Below, piece after piece: positions 1 through 12,654 of a stretch of DNA of 64,000 nt (position 1 is its first letter; every line of letters begins with the position of its first letter). The notes beneath the pieces are model-generated. The model ran no database searches, had not been told where the DNA came from, and saw only the letters and a program-made list of their open reading frames with translations. Source of the DNA: Perna viridis (lineage: Eukaryota); NCBI GenBank assembly GCA_037379345.1, contig CM074511.1, forward strand, positions 13,516,001 through 13,580,000. Reading direction: 5' to 3'. The translations under genes were made by a program, and so were the position numbers.

Positions 1-38
1 ACAAAGTCCAGCGCCCTAGACCACTCGGCCAGCTAGGC
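1..38 (-). other. 5' half of a tRNA-like sequence (tRNA gene, pseudogene or SINE head), cut by the window edge
   Basis: Reverse complement reads GCCTAGCTGGCCGAGTGGTCTAGGGCGCTGGACTTTGT: Pol III A-box TGGCCGAGTGG, D-arm and start of an anticodon arm (CTGGACTTTG). The B-box would lie outside the window. Confidence 0.55.
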
Positions 39-347
39 TATATGAAAATATAGCTTTCGCTGGCCGTTTCATTCCTCCTCGTAGGATTAATATAGGGCTG
101 TAACTTAGTACACGATGTATGGTAGAACGGGACAGTTCATTTAGATGTTATTATGTAGAATAGAGGTTCAAATTAATGATGCATGTCACGACAAATCAAT
201 ATTATACAAACGTCTCAGAATGTGACGACTCTATTCACTACACTGCTCTATCGGATCAAATTGATACAGGGAAGATACGTAAACGTATAGAAAGGTCTGA
301 AAAATTCTAAACAGTGTAGTGAATAGAATATGAAATAAGGGTCATCC

Positions 348-785
348 AGGCTAGAAACCACTAATTCCACTTCCCATAGGCTTCTCTGGACTTTACCTTA
401 ACTTTAACCTGCAGAGGACTATATATCAGCATGATTCTACATATGTCAGCTCACAATCCTCAGAATGGCATGTGGGGTTAGCAGACTTGCAGTGCAGTAC
501 TGGTCACCGGAAGTGAAGTGTCTATAAATAGCATGGGAAATCCCAGTGTTTTCACAAGATAGGGATATATTTAGAAATCATTATGGAGATTAGGCTTCAC
601 ATCACAAGAAGCAAAATGCACCTATAAAATGTACAGAAATGTTTTTCCTTTCAGAAACTGTTTAAATTTTTTAAATAAGATGAGAACTTTTTTCACAGCA
701 CTATGAGGAACAGGGGTAATTTCTGCGTAGGACTATTTTTGCGTACGTTCCAAATGCTCATTGGTTGAATTGGTGGTCTGTAACC
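348..785. repeat. Near-identical inverted copy of 8508-8975
   Basis: Reverse-complement match read by eye. This copy lacks 30 bp lying between two AGAAGCC direct repeats (8908-8914 and 8938-8944); I saw one substitution. Confidence 0.9.
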
Positions 786-1894
786 TCCATGTAACTGACA
801 TATACCACACTGTAGGTTTCTATTAATTTAAAAAAAAAAAAAACTGAGAGTCCATAATTTTACCAAGCAAACCTAAAGTGAAGTGGTCAATTTTTGACAT
901 AACATAGCAAGTTTAACACATTGTAATATGTATATGACTTGTCTTATGATTGTGGCAAGCCATTGTGGAACTTTTTCACCATTTAGATATTTAGTAACAT
1001 ATGCTAATGGATATTTATACATGTGCATAATTCAATTATTGATATTAATAAATGGAGGAGTCTTCTAGACAATGCAAAGTTCAAGACAGAACGCATGTAT
1101 GTTCAAATTTGCTCTTCAGGCAAAACCAGTCTGCGTCCATACTTGCCCGTCGGGCAAGAGTGTCCACACTTGTAAAACTTCAAAATAATTGTTGAAACTT
1201 TGGTTATGGGATCAGAACAGATATAATTAAGTATAAAAAATAAGATAAAATGAAATGTTGCATACGAAACTTCAATCAGCCCTTTTTGGTCGAAATTGTG
1301 TCTCAAATTTAGTACAAAAGAGCATCACGAAAAATTTTACTAACTACAGCTTTAGCAGAAATTTGGATCTTTTACTTTGAACGTTAGATATAGTACTTAA
1401 ACGCCCGTTTGTTATGAGTATCGTTTGAATGCAAAAATACCAAATGGATTATATTGATATCGCAAATATGACAGATATGAAACATCATTTTCAAGTCTCT
1501 AAAAGCACGTTTGTTCAATAAATTACAAAAAGCCTCAATTTAAACTGAAATTTGGCGAAATTTTAATTTCTTATCAATATGTAAGTATACTTGTTTTACC
1601 TTTATGGATATCCTTTCATCGTAACTGTATTCTAACCAATGTAGCGATATTACTAAATATTTTCCTCTTTACCTTAACAAAATCCCCTTATCTAAATCTG
1701 GAAGATGTCACATGAATAAAGTATATAAGGAAATATGATTAAGATAAACACTTTAATAACATAAATGTGTTCATAGTTCAAAGCTATTTTAAGGTAATCG
1801 AGTGTATTTATAAACATGAACTGAAAAGTTCAACTTTTGATGTGTTTAACCAAACTAAGTCGTGAAATAAAGGCAATCTAAATATATAAATATC

Positions 1895-1917
1895 ACCCAC
1901 CCACCCACCCACCCACC

Positions 1918-1951
<34 letters not shown>
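1895..1951. repeat. Compound microsatellite (CCCA)n-(CA)n
   Basis: cacccacccacc... followed by acacacac... Confidence 0.95.
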
Positions 1952-4568
1952 ATAAGTAGGGTAAGCTCCCCTCAACTACCGTTTTGCTTGTATCTTCACT
2001 ATTCTATTGATAGTAATTTAACAGACTGGACAAGACAAAACAGGTAAAAAATACAACAAAATAAACTAAAACTGCTGCTGATGAGAAACTGGTCATTGCA
2101 ACACAAGTACAGCTCATAGAGAATTACAATATTTTTCTTTTAAAAAAATGACGACACCACAAAATATTTCCATCTTTGCCTTTCAAAACCACCTTGTATA
2201 AATTTGGAAGCTGTCACATGAATAAAATTTATATTGAAGCACGTAGGTGTACAGCATACTGAAATGTGCAATGTTTGTTTGATTAATATTTTTTTGTATT
2301 AAAAAACCAGTGGTTAGATTATACCGCAGATGGGCCACAAATCCTGCAGAGCATTGACCTGCCCACTAGCCAGACTTGTCTGACCCGAACTACTTACCAA
2401 AATTTTTCGAAAGCACAAATTTTGAGATCCAAACAGATACATTATGGCTTAATTTCTTCTGTTGAACATGCTATCTACAACCTCGATATACTTTGGTAGA
2501 ACTTGTTGATGCTGGGTATGTCTTCCTATTTCGATATTTTTGGTTTTGAGCACTTCTTGTATACACTTTACTTTTATATCTTGAACTTCCTTAGTATTTG
2601 TTTCTGATGCTGCTAATGAGAAATGAGAATTTGTTCCTTTAAACGTGTGTACAGAATACTGAAATCTGCAATAACTATATGATTTATATTTATGTTACAT
2701 GAATGAATTCATATTTGAAGCATTAAGTCGATGCTACTGCTAATGGTTTAGACGTCCCATAGGAAATTAACATTACTGATCGTGACACTTGAATATATCA
2801 TATCTTGATTATATAACATATATTCATGCCATTACGTTCAATTACGCGCCATTTCTTGTAACATCGTTTGACAAATTTTGTTAACTTTGTGCAAAAATTG
2901 TGAAAAAATAAGCTTATATAACAGAACATCTGAATTTCTCGACAGGGATCAAGCATTTGCTTTAAATTGCCAGAAACACTCCTTTTATTTACTACAAAAC
3001 CTTGCGTGCTGTTAAAATTGTCGATTCATATGGTGTGTTACTGTAATGCTCAAAGAAATCATTGCATTAGGTTGAACATTTGCAGATAAGATTATTATAT
3101 AGATCGACATCCTCGGTTGTAGATTTGATATGTCTTGTCATTTTGAATGATTTTGCGTAAATTTATTCTGTAATATTAAGTTGCTTTTAGTTGTGAAATA
3201 AATTAATAAAAGCCGATTCGCCTTTTTGAAAAGACGGACTCCACATTCGTCTTTTGTAAAAATGTTTCTCTCAGAAGTCGCTCTGAGCAAATTAAAAATC
3301 ATTTTCATCATCATCAGAAAACACAGCAACAACATTCCGATATGTACCAAGTCAGTCATGGTCTTGGTTCATATAAGCTCTACCTTCATATTTCCTTGAC
3401 CTGTTTCACAAAGACACAATCTTCGTTCTCCATTTACTATTAATACAACCTGTATGGAGATTTTCACCATAAGCCGGAACCGAAACAGAAACCGATAAAG
3501 TAAACACATTTAAGTAGCAGTCTTTATAAAAATCAGACAGAAGGTGATTTATGCATGTCAAAATCTCACCGAATTCACTTTAATTTCTTATTTAGAATCA
3601 GTTACAGACCACATAATCAGTCATAGATTTTCATTTGGGTGTTGCGCTTTTGAGATAAAATTTATATATATTTATAAAATTAGCAAGATTTATCGTTCTT
3701 GATTTTATTCCCTTTGGTTGATTTTAGTGGGAGATAAATGTATGATATTCTCAAAAGTACAGATCTGAATATGGAAAAGACAACTGTTATGTAATAATAT
3801 AGCATATGTAGATCGAAAAAAAAACATTGTTTGTTCGGTGGGTTTTTCTTCACCATGAATCACTTTAATATGCACTGTTCTGAATTTTATTTAGACTGGT
3901 TCTTAAGTGCTTGTATAACCAATGGCATTAAACTACTCATTTTTATTGTAAATAAAGACATGTCTGCGAATTCGTAATAGTGATATTGCAGATATAGACA
4001 AATATTTTATGGCCAGTTACGCTGAAATAGGAAATGATCTTATTTAGTCGCTTAATAGGTTTATGGGTTTGAATAAGAATTTTTACAGTCAATTTCTGAA
4101 TATTTGTCTACACATTGAGTAGCCCCTGTTACATCTCCTTCTCCCTTCTTATTAGTTTTTTTTCGCTGATGAGGAGTGATCATGATCATGATCATCTTCA
4201 ATCTCGGGTTCTGATATATTGATTCAGTAAATGATACCTTTTTAAAAAGTTCTGATTATTTGTATTTTCAGGCTTACACTTAAGCAATTTAAATATGGTA
4301 TCAATTATTTAAAAGTTTTGTACACATCGCATATTTTCATACTGTGTCAACATTTTAAATAAGAATTAAAGCAAGGCAGTTATAACCACTCTCGACTAAT
4401 TCTAAATATTTTCAGAGACATTCTAGGCCAACACTTGTAACGTTACGATATGTGCAGTGTCATCGTACTTGTGACATTCATATACTGATCAGTACCCATC
4501 CAAGCATCAAAGCAAGCTATATTTAATTTAGTCTAATAGAGACCGATCTCCTAACCCCTCCGCGATAT

Positions 4569-4586
4569 TGGTGCTGTGACCAGGAT
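4569..4586 (+). other. Primer-binding site of the BEL/Pao element (tRNA-His-like)
   Basis: TGGTGCTGTGACCAGGAT resembles the complement of the tRNA-His 3' end (TGGTGCCGTGACTCGGAT) and follows the putative 5' LTR. Confidence 0.6.
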
Positions 4587-4640
4587 GACATCTAAGATAC
4601 GCCAAGGCCACAGAAGTGTTATTACTGTTATTATTATTAT

Positions 4641-4773
4641 TGTTACTTTGTATGTATGATTTTAGTTACTTTATGTTCTTTGTTGTGTATGTCTGTTTTC
4701 CATGTCTGGTCTTTGTCCCTGGATTGCATTCTTTTGATTACCGCTATAATCTTTGTTTCCTTGATTATTCTTT
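4641..4773 (+). mobile_element. 3'-end fragment of Naiad-type Penelope-like element
   Basis: Matches the 3' UTR of the RT-bearing copies at 50356-51470 and 51955-53110 (tgtatgtatgattttagttactttatgttc...ccttgatta). Confidence 0.85.
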
Positions 4774-5020
4774 CCAGACCTTTGAGAAAATTCGTAGAAA
4801 TCCGTGATGACAAAAATGAAACAGTGCACGCACAGGAGCAAGCAAAAATATTCGGAAGTATTAGGGGACTTTACAAAAATTAGTTCAAGAAATTTTACAT
4901 AGAAGCAGACATCGTTAGTACAGATATGTATGCTTACATATTAGATGATAAAATAAGCAAAATTCCATAGCTCCTTCCTCGCAACACAGTTTCTAGTGGA
5001 GACCGAATTACTCATTTACT

Positions 5021-5138
5021 CTTGTTACTTTATGTTCATTGTTGTGTTTGTCTGTTTTTTGTTCATGTCTGGTCTTTGTCCATGGATTTCATTCTTTTGA
5101 TTTCCGCTAGCTAGAACCTTGGTACTCTTGATTACTCT
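5021..5138 (+). mobile_element. 3'-end fragment of Naiad-type Penelope-like element
   Basis: Same family 3' terminus (tctggtctttgtcc...ctagaaccttggt...cttgattactct). Confidence 0.8.
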
Positions 5139-7085
5139 CTCGCTCAACACAAAAGGAGCAGAATCCGTTAGTTAAATAGAAACTTTTTTGGCACAATCGC
5201 AGCCGCCTACACATGTTCATCCCACACTTGTTTAATCCATATATGCTCAACCCACACAATTTCAACCCGCAAATCCACAGTCTGTTCATTATCACTATAA
5301 TTATAATCACTCCAATGTAGAAAACATTACAGCATTTTACTATCACTTGCTTACTATGAGAAAGCTATCACTTAGCTCCTAGAAAGATACGGACATCCCA
5401 TGTGATCAGACGTAAGAACATGTAAGCAGCAGTCAATATCCCAGCACAATATATCCCGGTATACATTATCTAGCATAGAAAACTACTAACAACATTTTTT
5501 TATTAACTGCAGGTGAAATCCGCAGAAATGTAACCTTACAGTATATGTCGACATATTTAGGTTTGAGTGATTCATGTCGTGCATGTTTTGACAAACTTTA
5601 CATCATACATACAGGAAAGATGTTTGAACAAAGTGAGCCGCATACAGCAACAGCTGCTTTTCTGAAAAATATTGAATCGAGAAACCGCATTGACTAAAAG
5701 CACACTGAGAGAAGTAATAACAACAGAAAAACAAACTGTAATAACGGTACACAAAAAATATATTGTGCATATTGTCAAGAATCACACTCATCTATATACT
5801 GTACAAAAACTCCAGATGCCCAATATAAATCATAAAAATAGATCGCCTTTTTTTAACTGCTTCGCACACCAAAATGCACACACACAGGAATCCAGGAATC
5901 GTCTTTGACAACAGGATAAAAGAGTGAAGCCGCAATACAGCACAACTCCGAACCACTTGGACACAGCAATTAACACTGTAAGTGCGAGACATGCCATTAT
6001 TGAAGCAAATCTATTATTTTATTTTATTTTATTTTGATTTGACACATTAGGAAATTCAGAATGCATATGAAGATATGCATTTTTGATACAATGACAACAG
6101 ATACTACGTTACGTCATTGTGGAAAGAGAATCGTCCAACGTTAATGGCAAATGTAATGTACTGCAAAAGACATTACTCGTGAAAATCGGTAAAATAATGG
6201 ATTAGAAGGATAAAACGGGCTTTTTGGAGAAGGTTGATATACGAATGTAAACGAGGAACCGACGACAATTAACTACATACCTCAACATACAGTGAAAAAA
6301 ACACAACGGCAATCAGAAGTTTGAACGTTTTAGTCTGCCTAATACAAATACTTCGTTTACACAGGTTTCCCCTCACATCTGATATAGAGATGACATTCTT
6401 GATTATTAGATTAGAGGCACCTGATCGAGATATCACACGTTCCGTTTTGTTCGATACAATGGATCCGTCAACACTAATAGCAGCTTACAGATTGTAGTCG
6501 GGGCTTCCTCCACACTATTCCTATCGAACGTTATTTTACATAAACACTTGAAAGTAAACCCATTTAAACGAACAGAAACCCTACTGAAACATTTGTTTGT
6601 GGATAACATATTCAAGTTTCTTGACAGAAAGTGGGTCAATCAGATATTTCGATACACCAAGAGAGTAACTCGTAAAGTCAGGCGTCAGCCTTCGCTCTTG
6701 GGCGCCTACCTAGAAATCGCTGGGCGACCGAGCAGATAAGCTTATATACTAGACAAAAGATGACTCAATCAAAGTACTTGGATTGATTTGGAATATGTGT
6801 GAAAACACACTTACTTCCGCAAATCGAAATACGCCGATTTTCGAGATTCAAAATCTACGATATGCTTGGATTAATTAGCCCACCTTCATTTCGTAGTGAG
6901 ATAAAACTATCCTGCCTGAAATTGTGTCACTACAAGACGAAATTGAATGCACAAAGCTACGGGAAAAAGAGCGTATTTACGAACAGTAGATGATCTGAAG
7001 TTACATGTCTTCACGGACGTCAGCTTTAAGTCGTATTGGGTATGCACATATCTATTAAATATTCATAAAACAATTTTGCATTATC

Positions 7086-7208
7086 AAAGAGTAATTAAGG
7101 AAACCAAGATTCTAGCGGATATAAAAAGAATGTAATCCAAGGACAAAAGCAGACATAGCAAACAGACAATTGCAACAAAGAACATAAAGTAACTAAAATA
7201 ATACATAC
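7086..7208 (-). mobile_element. 3'-end fragment of Naiad-type Penelope-like element inside the BEL/Pao pol region
   Basis: aaagagtaattaaggaaaccaagattctagcgg...aagaacataaagtaactaaaat is the reverse complement of the family terminus. Confidence 0.8.
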
Positions 7209-8507
7209 TCAGTAATCGTTAAAATAGTTGATAATACATAAATTACAGTTGAATGCAACATTGATGGAAGCAAAGACAGTTAAATACATCTCAAACCTAA
7301 ATGTAACCGAAGTCGTGATTTGGAACAAAAAGGCAAATCACGCTTAATTAGCTTACTTCTTAGAAGCAGTAAACAGGAGTTTTCGTTCGAAATTAGAGAT
7401 ATTACGAACAAGTGTCAGTGAACATATTGTCCGACAGATTCAAACCAGGCAGGTATGCATTCGAGAGGGGTGCAATGTACAAAGCTGTTAGCGTCAGATT
7501 TATGAATGAAATGGATAACGGATAAATCGAAATGACCATCGTGGAAAATCGACGAATCTCTCATTCTCAACACTACAGCTGTACATGATCAAGGGTCTAT
7601 TAGTTCAGCAAAAATGATTCATAACAAACCAGTCCATCTCGTGAAAGAATCACTAATGTGATTGACATTCGACGATATGAATCGTATCAAAAAAAATTGT
7701 GGACTTGACGCTAAATTATCAGGAAAGTTAAGTGTAAAGGAAATTGACATTGCATCAAGAGTTATGTGATTGAATGTCTTGTTAAAAAAATTAGTGAAGC
7801 ACAACTGAGAATAAACATGGCATATGAACAATATCCGTTGCCGCAAGGTGAGTAAAAATGCGCCCGTAAATATTGGATGCACACGCAAGAATTCTTCATA
7901 TAGGACAAGAAATTTTGTGATACTTATCCGTAATATGAAAGTGCCCATATCCAAATCTTAGTAAATTTAATACAATGCTTCGAATATCCATTTTAGTCAG
8001 AACATATTTATAGTTACTATTTATTTTCAAAATCTGACTAAGGCTATATTCTTCATAAGAAACCCAAGCCTGTTTTTTTATATGTTTTGCCGGTATCCTG
8101 TATTAGAATTTCTGAAGGGGGCTGACACCAGGTGGTTTTATTCTGGAATATATTAAGCGTGTGATAATATTTTAAACATTCTGTTTCCTGATTATTCAAA
8201 GACTTTATTTTTTTTCCATGGTATCCTTTGATTTATTTTATTCTGTTCTAATGAACAAAGAAAATCCGTGATATTTTGATTATTTTTTTTTCATCTCAAT
8301 TTAGAAAAAGTGATATAGTCTTTTAATTTCTGTGCCTTTTATATGCAATTATAGGTGGTTTGTTAAGTAATTGTTTCGTTTCTATATCGTTTTTAATTAT
8401 ATGCCAATGTTTATTAACAGCCCTTCTTAATTGATTGAATACCGGGTTGAAGTGTGTAGCTATAACTAATGGAGGTTTTTTGTTTTTATGTTTTTCTTTA
8501 TACTTTT

Positions 8508-8975
8508 GGTTACAGACCACCAATTCAACCAATGAGCATTTGGAACGTACGCAAAAATAGTCCTACGCAGAAATTACCCCTGTTCCTCATAGTGCTGTGA
8601 AAAAAGTTCTCATCTTATTTAAAAAATTTAAACAGTTTCTGAAAGGAAAAACATTTCTGTACATTTTATAGGTGCATTTTGCTTCTTGTGATGTGAAGCC
8701 TAATCTCCATAATGATTTCTAAATATACCCCTATCTTGTGAAAACACTGGGATTTCCCATGCTATTTATAGACACTTCACTTCCGGTGACCAGTACTGCA
8801 CTGCAAGTCTGCTAACCCCACATGCCATTCTGAGGATTGTGAGCTGACATATGTAGAATCATGCTGATATATAGTCCTCTGCAGGTTAAAGTTAAGGTAA
8901 AGTCCAGAGAAGCCATTGAATATTGTGAAATTTGCATAGAAGCCTATGGGAAGTGGAATTAGTGGTTTCTAGCCT
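8508..8975. repeat. Segment inside the PLE; inverted copy of 348-785
   Basis: Near-identical reverse complement of 348-785. No PLE-like coding recognised. Carries CCGGAAGTG and TATAAATAG motifs on the minus strand. Confidence 0.85.
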
Positions 8976-9837
8976 TAAGCTGAAGCCATGGCAAAATGAA
9001 AAGTTTCTTGGAATAGCTTTAAACTACTTGAAGATCTTGATAAATTTTTGTGTCAAATATATTCGTTGTTTTGAATCTGTTTCCTTTGAAGACAGTTACA
9101 TCGAGAAACTGTAACGATGTGTCCGACATTTGGAATTTGGATTTCTGAAGGGGATGTATTGTGTGCGATTTCAAATAAAATATTCAATTGACTTTGTTCG
9201 CCATTAAATGATATAATCCAATCGTCACGATATACTGACAGTAATAGTATTTTATCTTTGCGGGGGAAAGAATGAAGTAATTGTGTAATAATTTCAAACA
9301 TACGTATTTTTTTTTAACTAGGAGAAATGGTTGATCCCATCGGAACTCTGACTTGCTGTTTGTATAATTTACCATTAAATTCAATTTCATTGTTTTTAAT
9401 ATGATTTCAATAGTTTCTAGAAGTTGTATTTTAGGAGGAAGCGGAATATTGAATTTGATTTTAGTAATTTTTTACCAAACCCTATTAACAGCTTGCAGTA
9501 TTTCTTCATTGTGCATATTTGTGTACATGCAAGTAATATCGAATGGAGCTAAAAGCGTGTTAGTGTTTACTTGTATTTTTTTTTCAATTTTATTTCTAAA
9601 TGTTGTGGTGTCTTTTGTATAGGTCCATTGCTATAACAGGACGTTAGAAATAATCACAAAATTTACTAATACGTTCCAATGGGCTTCCGCACCAGGAGAT
9701 AATTAGTCTGTATGGAAGGTTTATATTAGCTAATATATTATCATTATTATTTTGTGCTTCATCGATATATAGTTGACCCTTTCAGAAATTCCGAAACAGA
9801 ATAACGGCAAAACAAATAAAAAAAAAGGCTTGGGTCT

Positions 9838-9925
9838 CTGATGACGAATATGGCCTTAGTCAGATTTAGAAAATAAATAGTAACCATAGTTATGTTCTGA
9901 CTAAAATTAATATTCGAAACATTAG
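9838..9925 (+). ncRNA. Hammerhead-ribozyme-like motif in PLE pseudo-LTR
   Basis: CTGATGA-C-GAATAT...ATATTC-GAAAC core, with an inner TTAGTCAGA/TCTGACTAA hairpin extending stem II. Stems I and III are not convincingly intact. Confidence 0.45.
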
Positions 9926-11049
9926 GTGGTTGTATTAAATTTACTAAGATTGGATATGGGCACTTTCATATTATAAAACTGAACAATTTAACGCATATTG
10001 TACTCAGAGGAAATTTATACCAAAGCGTGCGCCTGGGAGAGATTCATCGGGATCTCCAATAACTGCATAAAAAAGTGCTAGGGCGTGCACTTGTAGCGGT
10101 CACGTGCTAGAGACTGTGAAATTCGAAATCGAATCAATACTCAATAATCGCCCGTTAACACACGTATTATCAGACCAAAAAGATGAAAAACCACCAATAC
10201 CGACTCATCTTCTTTGCGGGAGATAAATTACTTTTAATTACCTTATTTAGGATCAGCAAGTGAGATTAGTGAACATGACACGCGAAACAGCTAATAAACT
10301 ATTTACTACTCCATCACTCATCATTAATGACTTTTGGAACTGGTGGAGACGAGAATACCTCACCTCACTTGGGGGACACCCCGGGACCACTGGACATGAA
10401 GTTGGCAAAATTGTGGAATTCCAAAGACAATTTGAGATATAGCTATCATAACGAAACAAATTCATGGAGGTGCATAGGTCTGCCATTGTATGCACTAAAT
10501 TAGTACGACATCTAGATCAAGTAGCAAACTATATCCACTCGAACTCTTTTCAAACGATAAAGGTGAAACATCAAGTGATAAATGTCTAACTCTCAGCAGT
10601 CGAGCAAAGTCCGATGCCAAGGAGAAAACCGAGATGGATACAACATCGATGCAAAACATAAGAACGTTTTAAAGTTTATTTATTCAATCAATTATTTTTA
10701 AAAGTTGACACACATTAATTTGATTTTTCGCAACAGTTATTCATTTAGCGAGAGACTACTGTGAAGTTAATATTTTCCATTTGATAATTGTATGTATGCA
10801 ATTTTTTTTTCATTTGCGCGCCGAAGTACGTCGGGATTTATTAAGAGACATTCTAAGCCCACTCTGTAACGTAAGTACCAAAGTAAGCTGGCGTTCTAGT
10901 TTATTTAGCCTAATACAGTCTTATTCCAACTACTCTTTGATATTGATGTTACTGCCAATAATATTTTCCTCCCCGCTGCCCTAGTAAGTTAGCATTCTCA
11001 AATGTCTTTTTTCCTTTTCTTCTCGCTGGCAGTTATATTAATTTTTAAA

Positions 11050-11530
11050 CAGATTGTATCATTTGCATTTGGCTGTTCCACATTGTAGCATTAGATACTT
11101 GTACATGTTTTCGTCCTCAAGGATCTCCGATGTAAAGACTGGTCTGTGTACATGAGACACAATCTCTGAAACTGAAATTTTTGAATTTGTTGTTACACAT
11201 GCATTGAAAGTGTGCATAGTCATTGACTGTAAGCCATGTGCAAAGCGTTAGTTATGTAAAGGGAATAGATTTTCGAAATCATTTTTATCATCATGTAAAT
11301 CGTTATCTAGTTGATATTCATCATTAGGAAAGTCGTCTCCAGGAACTCCAAACTTAAATGATTTTATCACATTTGATGAGTTGTCGCTTATTACACACAC
11401 ACAAAATTTGTCGCTTATATCAAATGATGTTTTGCATTCTTCATATTCCAGGAGAATTTGATTTGAATCAGTTTAAATAAACGGAGCATTCTACTTAAGT
11501 CTCGGGAAAGTCCTCACAGCCGTTTTTGAT
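11050..11530 (-). mobile_element. Degenerate hAT-superfamily transposase remnant
   Basis: Minus-strand translation gives ISDNSSNVIKSF (TDNxxN-like), RFAHGLQ (CxAHxLxL-like) and NATMWNSQ (TRWNS-like) in the expected order, with stops and frameshifts. Confidence 0.7.
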
Positions 11531-12654
11531 GCAATCTCTATCTACTTTTTTCCCCTTTGCATTTAGGTAACAGTAAGTTATTTTTAAAATTTCAAAAATT
11601 AATTCAGACCTTTAACAATTTATATGAAAGTGTCCTATATTGCAGTCCAACCTTGAAGAAAAAGGTAGTTGGTTTCAACATTTATATTGATATAATGTTC
11701 ATCCTTTCTTTTGTGATAAGGGGCATTTTGTACAATATCAAACCATATATTTTTACTCCAGCCAATGCTTAAAAAACTGTTATTCCCCCTTAATTCCTAA
11801 ACACTTAGTCATATATCCAAACATAAATCCTAAGCATTTTAAGGTATTAAACCTTGTGGCATAATTTCACTAATTTAATGGAGATTCATGGTTAAAACCC
11901 AAAAATCAACCCATGTCCGACTTAATTGTTATGAAATCTAGTAGTACAATATAATCACTTCATACACTTTTATTCAAGCTATTTTTCAGAATACAGAAAA
12001 TGTTTGTTAAAGCCATGTTTTGTCCCCTTATTCTAAAACAGTTAAAATTATACAATAATTGTTGGTTCTATTTTGTCCATTGCTTGTACTGCTATCCATC
12101 TGTGCTAATCAAAAGTAAAGAACATACAAGTATTCATATTTTATTGAAAAAAAAATCAATAATCATGATAACAATTTATTCAACAATATCACATAAATAG
12201 ATGTTTGATAGGTATAACACACTGTTATACACTTATTTTAGGTATATCCCAACAGAAGTATAGCAAGATTTCTGCCACATCTTACTGCATATCGAAGGAA
12301 ACACATGTTGCAAAATAGGTTCAGACAACGGTCTGTCAGCAGATTGTTGTAATACTGGATAGACAAAAAAATAATTAAAAAGCACCCCCTTAACTAATCA
12401 TTAGTCCATTAATCATTTGGCTGTTAAAAGGACATTAGTGTCCATTGTTAGGTAAGGATATATATGTCCACCTCATACAAATTTAAATGTATTTCTTTAT
12501 GAAAAATAATGAAAATTGTTGTTTTTTATTAAATTAGCCACCTCAGACATGACATAAAAGCAATCAATGTCCCAGCCTTCTACCATATCAGGTTACTTGA
12601 AATGTCAAGTTTGTTTTTAAAGACATTGACAACAAAACACATTTAGTAACATTA

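Larger units (their letters stand above)
7931..9973 (-). mobile_element. Decayed Penelope-like retroelement with inverted pseudo-LTRs
   Basis: Frameshifted RT fragments on the minus strand (FDITCIYTNM ~9520-9545, YRDD in ORF 9053-9301) and the PLE linker PLVIATHFNP...HWHII...PPIIAYKRHRN (8323-8490). Diverged ~190-bp inverted repeats at 7931-8120 and 9777-9973. Confidence 0.8.
4400..10930 (+). mobile_element. Decayed BEL/Pao LTR retrotransposon, interrupted by later insertions
   Basis: PBS-like TGGTGCTGTGACCAGGAT at 4569-4586. Pao RNase H-like LHVFTDVSFKSY (~7000-7040), integrase-like FIPKRAP (~10010-10035), LNNRPLT (~10140) and FWNWWRREYLTSL (10331-10370). Diverged LTR-like blocks AGAGACATTCTA.G...TGTAACGT at ~4415 and ~10843. 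Many stops and frameshifts; boundaries approximate. Confidence 0.8.

Noticed and set aside
2078-2096. CTGATGAGAAACTGGTC resembling a hammerhead core
   Set aside because: No stem II between the boxes and no flanking stems; probably chance.
2395-3359. Coding-looking minus-strand stretches, including the 73 aa ORF with a hydrophobic N-terminus
   Set aside because: Stops in the plausible frames and no recognisable domain. Could be a pseudogene but cannot be supported.
4616-4883. Hydrophobic short ORFs (also 33152, 50319, 52992, 60623) resembling a membrane peptide family
   Set aside because: All are translations of the T-rich Naiad 3' UTR in varying frames.
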